Assembly: GCA_965197925.1 (NCBI GenBank)
Contig: CBDAOC010000020.1
Span: 960,001 to 1,024,000 of the forward strand
From: Nitrososphaerales archaeon
Lineage (GTDB): Archaea; Thermoproteota; Nitrososphaeria; Nitrososphaerales; UBA213
Length of the DNA stretch: 64,000 nt
Reading direction: 5' to 3'
The position numbers and the translations under genes were made by a program. The notes below the pieces were generated by a model that saw only the letters and a program-made list of their open reading frames with translations, was not told where the DNA came from and ran no database searches. Shown here piece by piece: positions 57,135 to 64,000 of the stretch (positions are counted from its first letter, which is position 1; each line of letters begins with the position of its first letter).

Positions 57135-58466
57135 CTACTCCCTCAAATGAGGTGCGGAACCATTGTGGTAATATCCTATAGCGCACCGCATGCTGCAAAA
57201 GTAATCGTAGTTCTCGTCCTTAATTTCTGGTGGATTGTGATAGTAACAAACGTCCTGCATGAGTATGGCCTCTGCAGTTGTGCGTGCGTACACCTTCAAC
57301 AGCGTGTTGACATCATCCCATCCCATTGATGCTACAAGGGTTGCATTACTTGCGGTCCTCCGCATCGCTGCATGCGCCCCGCTGTGCCTTAACACGTATA
57401 CGGGCTTGTTTGCCCAGTACCATTCATCCGTTCCTTTGGGATAATTCCACTTTTGGTGCATGCCATTGTGCTCGTCGTAATGCGCCCTGTCAATTTTGCC
57501 CAGGGATATGTAATAATCACTCAGTGCAGATGCAAGCTCGCTCTCCAGTGCAATGACACGGGCATTACTGCCAACGTCGTTAGTACAGAACGTTGCACCG
57601 TGCTTCACACGCTTGATTATTTCAATCACCTTGGGATGTATTGCCATCTTGTCAAAGGCACGATCTGTCTTGGACTCGTATAACGACATGATTGCGTACT
57701 CACCATGAACGCCCTTGGCATCGATTGGTCTGATCTCGAATTTGTTCACCATCGTGATTCCCGTCTTGGTCCTGGGAAAGACCTCGTGCAGCACTCCAAA
57801 TAATTCCTCAAAGCCATAACCACGCATGAACTTGAGCCCCCGTTCAAACTCCCTGTCCGTAAGCTTCACGTTGGCATATGCACCAAAACGCTTCTTCTTG
57901 CCTGACATGATGCCCGTGATGCCACGTGGAATGGCAATGCCATTCCTAATCATGAAATTACGGGTTGATGATGTGTAACGTGTTATCTCCCTGGAACTGA
58001 AATCGATGTTATTGAGTTGACGTGCGTACCTTGCCTCGCCTGCCTTGAGCCTTCTTTCAAACTCCTTTAGCAGGGCAACGCTTGTGTCAATATCCTGGAG
58101 AAGTGCGTCAGGGTGAATGTTCAGCGTGTTGCATACGACGTTCAGGCCTTGTATCATATGATTAACCGATACCGCTGGCTGCCCATTCTTTCCAGCGGTC
58201 ATCAAGTCGTTGAACCATTTCTGGACTGATGGAATTTGTAAAAATTCAGACCTTGCCATTTCTGCATATTGTACCTGCTTCCTGTCCTGTTCTGACCTGA
58301 GTAGATGACCAGTATTGGGGTCTTTTTGAAGTTTCCCAGCCTTGACTAATTTATTCCATTCTAACCATACCCATTGTTCTGAACGATTCATAAGGGAGGC
58401 AATTTCACTCCTGCTCTTTGATGAGATGCCTTTGGACTTGTTGCCGATTGTATGCTCATATACCAT
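57135..58466 (-). CDS. Divergent tyrosine recombinase/integrase
   Basis: Catalytic pattern R (FPRT), K (ESKT), YxxR (YVLRH), W (MGW), Y (KVYA). Confidence 0.8.
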   Translation of the reverse strand: MVYEHTIGNKSKGISSKSRSEIASLMNRSEQWVWLEWNKLVKAGKLQKDPNTGHLLRSEQDRKQVQYAEMARSEFLQIPSVQKWFNDLMTAGKNGQPAVSVNHMIQGLNVVCNTLNIHPDALLQDIDTSVALLKEFERRLKAGEARYARQLNNIDFSSREITRYTSSTRNFMIRNGIAIPRGITGIMSGKKKRFGAYANVKLTDREFERGLKFMRGYGFEELFGVLHEVFPRTKTGITMVNKFEIRPIDAKGVHGEYAIMSLYESKTDRAFDKMAIHPKVIEIIKRVKHGATFCTNDVGSNARVIALESELASALSDYYISLGKIDRAHYDEHNGMHQKWNYPKGTDEWYWANKPVYVLRHSGAHAAMRRTASNATLVASMGWDDVNTLLKVYARTTAEAILMQDVCYYHNPPEIKDENYDYFCSMRCAIGYYHNGSAPHLRE

Positions 58467-58531
58467 CTGGGTTAGTTGCTGTTGATCTTCCTCGCCACCG
58501 GCACGGTTCTTCTGCCAGGAGAATCTAGTTC

Positions 58532-58675
58532 TTATGTTCCCTCACCTTGACGGCATTCCATGCACAAAAATTCACGATCGGCTGGATTCGAGCAGTCACA
58601 CCTCTCTATCGTGCTGTGAAAGTTGCATCCAGTGCATCTTATCTCATGTTCATGTGTTAATACATTGGTAGTCAT
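58532..58675 (-). CDS. 47-aa Cys-rich zinc-finger microprotein
   Basis: MTTNVLTHEHEIRCTGCNFHSTIERCDCSNPADREFLCMECRQGEGT*; ATGA overlap with the upstream gene; below the ORF-track cutoff. Confidence 0.7.
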   Translation of the reverse strand: MTTNVLTHEHEIRCTGCNFHSTIERCDCSNPADREFLCMECRQGEGT

Positions 58676-58827
58676 GCTTCGGCCTCAAGATTTTCGAGTT
58701 TTTCACGTAAGGCTAAATCGATGAATTGAGTTGGATTGGACATTGTAGGATCTATGTTTCTATCTACAATTGATTCTATTTTTTCTAATATAGCTGTTCG
58801 AACTTGTACACCACTCCATTTTTTCAT
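58672..58827 (-). CDS. 51-aa ribbon-helix-helix regulator
   Basis: MKKWSGVQVRTAILEKIESIVDRNIDPTMSNPTQFIDLALREKLENLEAEA*; TTTATATA box 23-30 bp upstream. Confidence 0.8.
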   Translation of the reverse strand: MKKWSGVQVRTAILEKIESIVDRNIDPTMSNPTQFIDLALREKLENLEAEA

Positions 58828-58927
58828 ACGATAACCTTATCGTACTCCATATATAAATTGTACGCTAAATTTATCATAAATAATTTACAGCTAAACAAAT
58901 ATACAAATTTTGTGAGAAGATTATGAT
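58827..58927. promoter_or_regulatory. Divergent promoter region with palindromic operator candidate
   Basis: TACGATAA-CC-TTATCGTA at 58827-58844; leftward TATA at 58850-58857. Confidence 0.6.
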
Positions 58928-59314
58928 ATGGTAAAAAGCGATTGGAGGACAGTAAATGTGAAAAAATCTCTACTTGAACAAATTGAAAAAATACTATACA
59001 GTGATGAAGTAAAAAAAGAAGGCATCACAAATATGTCCCAATTTATAGATTCGGCATTAAAGGAAAAAATCGAAGACATAGAACAAAAACGCATGAATCA
59101 TCTCAACATGTATGATGACCACATAAAAATTATGGACAACAATCTTGGCAAAATAGGCAGAATCGTATCTGTATACTTTAAAAAAGGAAATAAGCCGTGG
59201 TGTGATTACTGTGAGGAATCAGATTGCATCCATGTCCAGTACGCATGGGAGATTGCAGACGTGCGAAAGATTCTGGAAAAACATAGATTTAGTCCTCCTC
59301 CGTCAAGGGTATAG
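58928..59314 (+). CDS. Ribbon-helix-helix regulator with C-terminal CxxC...CxH zinc domain
   Basis: WRTVNVKKSLLEQIEKI...NMSQFIDSALKEKI; WCDYCEESDCIH. Confidence 0.8.
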   Translation: MVKSDWRTVNVKKSLLEQIEKILYSDEVKKEGITNMSQFIDSALKEKIEDIEQKRMNHLNMYDDHIKIMDNNLGKIGRIVSVYFKKGNKPWCDYCEESDCIHVQYAWEIADVRKILEKHRFSPPPSRV

Positions 59315-59351
59315 TTATTGAAAATAAGATACCTAATGCTGGAATGATATA

Positions 59352-59744
59352 TTAAAGAAAGAATCTATAGCGTTGATATGTTGTCATGGGCATAAGCCAA
59401 GGTTTCATGTCGTAAAAGGTTCTGCATCCAGAGTGCGATGATCTTGATTGGAATCTTGTAAGTAGTTCTATTGTGACAGAAATGTTGTCCTCCGGGAACA
59501 GAAGGAACCTTTCCGCCTGCCGCTTGTACTGTCTTGCAGCGATGTTCAGGATGCTTATCAGCCACTTCTTATTTTTTTTGTATAGTCTGATCCTGTTTAA
59601 ACAGCACATGCATTTGTGTTCGGTTACTCTGGCATAATGCCCGCAATTCTCACAGAATATTATATGTCTTCTATGGTCCTTGAGGCTTGATTTGAATTTT
59701 CTGCAGTCGACCTGGATACTTATTCCTGCCCACCCTTGGGGCAA
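59352..59744 (-). pseudogene. Zinc-finger protein of the integrated element, probably frameshifted
   Basis: FCENCGHY...KCMCC; a plausible C-terminus continues in another frame (TTYKIPIKIIALW). Confidence 0.5.
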
Positions 59745-60077
59745 ACATCTTATTGATGCCCTTCTTGCCCTTTACATCATCGTACTCATAGCGCACCTTG
59801 GTCTGTGTCAGCTCCTTTATCAAGGCACCATTGATTGACCTGGTCGCCGTTAGTGACCTGATGAACAGGTTGTAATAATCTCTTGCAAGGTGCCTTAGTT
59901 TCGGTGGCAATGCGTGAGCCAGTAACGGTATGTGCTCTATCTCAAAAACCGCCAGGGGAGGGCATCTGTGCTTATCATAGAGGAGTAGAGTTGCCTCATG
60001 GGATCTGGGTAGTAGCTATCGCCCTGCCTGTTGCTGTTGCTCTCCTGTATGAGTTCCATCAGCCTATCGCTGGACAA
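59671..60077 (-). pseudogene. Frameshifted hypothetical gene of the integrated element
   Basis: TTG start (MSSDRLMELIQ...TDAL) shifts at GCCCTCCCCTG into PLAVFEIEHIPLLAHALPPKLRH.... Confidence 0.5.
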
Positions 60078-60168
60078 TGGTTGGTGTTATGCAGCATGTG
60101 GTTATGACGTTGAATTTTTCAGTTGGGCAATCGCCCTGTTAATGGTTCAGGTTCCAATGTGCGCATGT

Positions 60169-60663
60169 TCACATGGCATCAAGCCATTTTTTACCCTCAA
60201 CCTCGAAAGGGTCATTATTGATGGTAGTTGCGTTACGTCCTACAGGATGACCATAACCATAAAGCAGGCCGTCCGATGGTGGTGGATAGTTTCTCATAGT
60301 CTTACGCTTGCTTTTACTTTTACTCTTACCCTTCTTCTTCGTCTTCTTCATCTTCTTCGTCTTCTTCACCTCTACCCTGTATGGTGCAAATGGATTCCTA
60401 TTGGAGTCTGTCGCTTTCGCAATACGGTTAATTTCTTGTAGTTCACCGACCACACGACCTATTGGTGACTGTCTTGGATAAGTCCTCAAGGATTCTTTCT
60501 TTGCGGCTTCCCCTGCCCTCTTCGCAACTTCTTTCTTCATTTGCTTGGCCTTCGCTTCCTCATAAATGGCGTCAAGTTCCTTCTTGGTCTTGTATTTTAA
60601 AGCCTGCTTTTCCTTGTATTTTTTCGTGATGCTGCTTATCCTGTCTCTTATTCCTGCGGGCAA
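60169..60663 (-). CDS. Very basic (Lys-rich) hypothetical protein
   Basis: KKTKKMKKTKKKGKSKSKSKRK; TTG start preceded by TTATAA at -25 to -30. Confidence 0.65.
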   Translation of the reverse strand: MPAGIRDRISSITKKYKEKQALKYKTKKELDAIYEEAKAKQMKKEVAKRAGEAAKKESLRTYPRQSPIGRVVGELQEINRIAKATDSNRNPFAPYRVEVKKTKKMKKTKKKGKSKSKSKRKTMRNYPPPSDGLLYGYGHPVGRNATTINNDPFEVEGKKWLDAM

Positions 60664-60936
60664 TGGTTGGTGTTATGCAACGTATGGTTATAATGTTGTA
60701 ATTTGGAAGCCTTGCCCTCCTCGCTATCCCTGCCTGGTGGTTTGGGTAGTTCGCACCGTGTTGGTTTTGGTAGGACGCTGTTTATTGCGTTGATGTATAA
60801 CATTATATCATACACCTTGTCCTGCTGGATGGCAGATACTATGCCCTGCCTGTACTGTTGTAGTGTCGTTGTAAGTATCCGTAGTAGGCCTGTGTTAGGT
60901 CGGTAGTAGTAGGGAGGGTGGTCAATGATGTTGAAA

Positions 60937-61236
60937 GCATTAAAACATACTATATATATTATAAGCACTTCGTTCCTTCGTATCCACTGGCTACCCCCCC
61001 GAAAAATGTTAGTGTTACTTAACTTTTTATTTTATGTTAACTCTCCAGAACAGTTAATATCCCTAAATTTAGTTGTAGCGTTGTAAGTACAACGGTTTAC
61101 GCATTAAAACATACTATATATATTATAAGCACTTCGTTCCTTCGTATCCACTGGCTACCCCCCCGAAAAATGTTAGTGTTACTTAACTTTTTATTTTATG
61201 TTAACTCTCCAGAACAGTTAATATCCCTAAATTTAG
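60937..61236 (+). repeat. Perfect 136-bp direct repeat, period 164 bp
   Basis: 60937-61072 is identical to 61101-61236. Confidence 0.95.
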
Positions 61237-61434
61237 GTAGCACAACTTTACGTAAAGGTGCGCTACCTAGTGCGCACTTTTTTGATAAAGGTGCGCTACC
61301 TAGGTACTCTACCTAATTTCAAAAACTGTGTTAGTTTATGTCCTATTTTATGGTAAACATAAAATAACACGCCTATCATCCCCGATATTAACACTTCTAG
61401 AACTAATTTATAACTTAGAAGTACAAAATATGTT

Positions 61435-62862
61435 ATGCGAGTGGGTTTAGCAATAATTCTTGCCGTGGTAATAGCAAGTTCAATTCTCTTGAATAGTTAT
61501 TCAATATTACCTCCGGCTTTTGGACATGGACTTGGGAAGCAAGAAACGCAGCCTCAAAATGTTGGCGATCGCATAGCTTTCATGATTGTGAAGATTGCCC
61601 CAGAATTGATAGAATATGGGGAATTGAAGGATATTATGTTAACAATGGAGTTAGTTGACGCTCAGACTGAGGAGAAGATACCAGGTACAGCTTATCATCT
61701 AATTATAGAGAAATTTGCTGATGACATATTACTGTTGGACGAAGCCTTTCATATCATGAGTGACAGCGATACACTTGTTATCAATTTCAAAACTTCTGAC
61801 GAGGGAGATGTAGTAGTAAATGGTATGAAGATAGGTGAAACCCTAGGTTACATGGCTTCTGAGGATGAACTTGTTGTTGAGGGTCCTATTTTCAACCAAC
61901 TGGGGTTGTATCGTTTTACGATCGAGGTTGTTGCAATGGAGGGTGAAACTTTGGATCGGGAAACAAGATCGACATATGAGGCCCTTATTACGCTTGCTGA
62001 GAGCAAGACCTACATTGTAACATACGATGAGGAGGAGTATAACTTGGAAACGATCTCGTATTTTGATAATATCGTAGATTTCAAGTTTGATCCTGACAGT
62101 AAGAGTATAAAGATGACAATGCCATTCAGGTGGCAGAAGGATTTCGTGGAGCAGATACCATTGTTGCATGCTGAGATCTTCATCCCAAAAGCGTTCTCAG
62201 AATTGGCGGGACAGGAGTTAGGTGGTTTGATAAATGGTATTGAAGATCCAATATTCGTTGACCGTTCTCCTCCGGACGAGGTGGTGGTTCACTATATGAC
62301 ACCGAACAACCGCCTGCTCAACCTTTCGGAATTGATCACCAATGATGGGATGGAGGATGATATAGTTGAATTTGGCCTTGTGAGTATGGGTGCTGTTGAA
62401 GAAGAAAATGGGAAACCCTTACCCATGCCAGTTCCAACAGGTGATTGGTCACTTGTAATGCAAACTTCCACTAGTGGTGAAAGTATTCTGGTTAAGGTTC
62501 AATGGTCACCATTAACCATCAAAACTGAGGAGGATGTTACCTTCAAGCTGGAGTTCATAGATCCTGATACAAAAGAGGAAATCGAGGACGTTAGATACGA
62601 CATAATGTTGTATGATCCTGATGAAAATCATGTGGATGCTTCACATAGGTCAAAGCAGACGACAGGTACCCAAAGCTACACATTTGATAGAGTTGGGACT
62701 TTTACACTGCTACTTACGAACGTGAATTTTAGTGGAGAAAGTGCAGAATTCCACCTGTCCGTCGTTCCCGAGTTTCCAGTTGGAGTCTTGATTGCAACCG
62801 GTGTTATGATAGCGGGTATGTTGGCATTGGTGAGGTTCAAAGGACCGGCAATCAAATTATAA
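61435..62862 (+). CDS. Secreted PEF-CTERM-type surface protein, paralog C
   Basis: AFG|HGLG; MTMPFRW, LHAEI; VVPEFP + TM. Confidence 0.88.
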   Translation: MRVGLAIILAVVIASSILLNSYSILPPAFGHGLGKQETQPQNVGDRIAFMIVKIAPELIEYGELKDIMLTMELVDAQTEEKIPGTAYHLIIEKFADDILLLDEAFHIMSDSDTLVINFKTSDEGDVVVNGMKIGETLGYMASEDELVVEGPIFNQLGLYRFTIEVVAMEGETLDRETRSTYEALITLAESKTYIVTYDEEEYNLETISYFDNIVDFKFDPDSKSIKMTMPFRWQKDFVEQIPLLHAEIFIPKAFSELAGQELGGLINGIEDPIFVDRSPPDEVVVHYMTPNNRLLNLSELITNDGMEDDIVEFGLVSMGAVEEENGKPLPMPVPTGDWSLVMQTSTSGESILVKVQWSPLTIKTEEDVTFKLEFIDPDTKEEIEDVRYDIMLYDPDENHVDASHRSKQTTGTQSYTFDRVGTFTLLLTNVNFSGESAEFHLSVVPEFPVGVLIATGVMIAGMLALVRFKGPAIKL

Positions 62863-62974
62863 GATAATTCCATGCCTGATTTTGCCAAAATTTGTATTTG
62901 AAATAACATAATCATTACCACTGTAATCATAATGGGAGCGGTCTTTATACTATTATTTGAATTTGCATATAATT

Positions 62975-64000
62975 GAGGCTTGGGCGTAATTTAGTTCGAA
63001 ACGATAAGATCAGGTTTCAATTTTCATTGGTAATGTGTTTAGCTCAGACTCCATTACTTCTTCGTATATTATTTTTGATTGGTGTGATTTGGTCAAAACC
63101 TAATAGGAAAAGGGGTAGACCATTTTATTATTCTCCTACAGTTATGGTAGATGCTTCATCGTTAGAGTATGGATAAGAATACCAAGCAACAATGCTTTGT
63201 ATGAATATTTTTCGATAGACATGCCATACAACAGGAAGGTAATGAAGGCATGTGGTCTTGATAGGTTGCCAGACAGAAGAACATTCGACAGAAGGTCAAG
63301 GCCATATCAATTGACATAAGATCAAGGATAGATGTTATGGGTATGCTCTTCATAAAAGATGGGTTGGTAGACCCAGCCATAATATCCGTTGACAGTTCAT
63401 TGTTGAAAGCAAAGGGACATGTATGGCATAGATCAAACATGAAGAAGAACGAAGTGCCACGCTCCGGTATAGATACAGATGCTCGATGGGGATTCAGCAG
63501 AACCAAGGGATGGGTATTCGGATACAAGATGCATCTAGCATGTAGTACTGGTTCGTTGATAGTTCCATTATCAGCTGATTTCACAACAGCTAACATTACT
63601 GATAACAAGATGTATGAAAGCATAACATCTTCATTGCCTACAGGAATGGTAAGGTATGTTGTAGGAGATGAAGGATATGATGATCACAAGTTATGTGATT
63701 TCAGCAGGTATAGAGGGTATCCAGTATTCCCATTGGAAAGGTACAAGCATACTACAGATAATAATAGACTGGCATTGCTGCGGTTCTATCAATCTGAATT
63801 TAGACAGCATGTATATTCTCGGAGGAGCATAAGCGTTGAACCATTGATAGAGCAGATAAAGGATGTATTTGATATAGACTCATTACCAGTTAGAGGATTT
63901 GATAAAGTAAGGAGCATCGTTCTGATTTCTATATTGCTATACCAGCTGATGGTATACTACAACTACTTGACAGGAAGACCATTAAGGGCATTGAAGCACA
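62975..64000 (+). mobile_element. ~1.1-kb DDE insertion sequence, copy 3 (runs off the window)
   Basis: Left TIR GAGGCTTGGGCGTAATT; near-identical to copies 1 and 2. Confidence 0.93.

Larger units (their letters stand above)
57135..61370. mobile_element. Decaying integrative element (provirus- or plasmid-like)
   Basis: Integrase, RHH and Zn-finger microproteins, GC visibly above the flanks, terminal repeat/palindrome cluster. No att pair found. Confidence 0.7.

Noticed and set aside
61170..61270. Xer/dif site
   Set aside because: TTATGTTAACT and GGTGCGC resemble dif arms but are not in the 11-6-11 arrangement.
49230..61402. TTCTAGAA as attL/attR of the island
   Set aside because: An 8-bp AT-rich palindrome that recurs elsewhere (for example ~55804); chance-level evidence.
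3608..63623. Numerous antisense or overlapping ORFs in the track (for example 3608-4090, 6178-6798, 7243-7890, 12863-13393, 25038-25568, 63162-63623)
   Set aside because: Shadow frames of well-supported genes or transposases on the opposite strand.

Overview
Archaeal window of low GC, most consistent with Nitrososphaerota (Thaumarchaeota). This rests on several PEF-type C-terminally sorted surface proteins, cupredoxins, a two-domain multicopper oxidase, a thermosome subunit and a nurA-herA-mre11-rad50 operon. The genome shows erosion: at least seven IS copies or remnants, nonsense or frameshift pseudogenes and many short tandem duplications. Main blocks: (i) H+-PPase, a tandem TAXI binding protein and a 1.09-kb transposase-less TGT...ACA mini-transposon with arrayed 20-bp end repeats (9415-10503); (ii) a divergent chaperonin and a five-gene NitT/TauT-type ABC importer with a Cys-rich Tat-exported binding protein and one degenerate composite ATPase site; (iii) the DNA end-resection operon; (iv) a copper/surface-protein cluster (34.7-49.2 kb, with another paralog at 61.4 kb); (v) an intervening ~12-kb island with a multi-reader McrBC-like system, a TPR remnant, an IS and a decaying integrative element. 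That element encodes a divergent tyrosine recombinase, a head-to-head pair of homologous ribbon-helix-helix genes that looks like a CI/Cro-style switch (one gene is missed by the ORF track), duplicated promoters, and a 136-bp direct repeat with a palindrome cluster. No rRNA, tRNA or CRISPR array was recognised. All family calls come from reading motifs by eye; no database searches were run.
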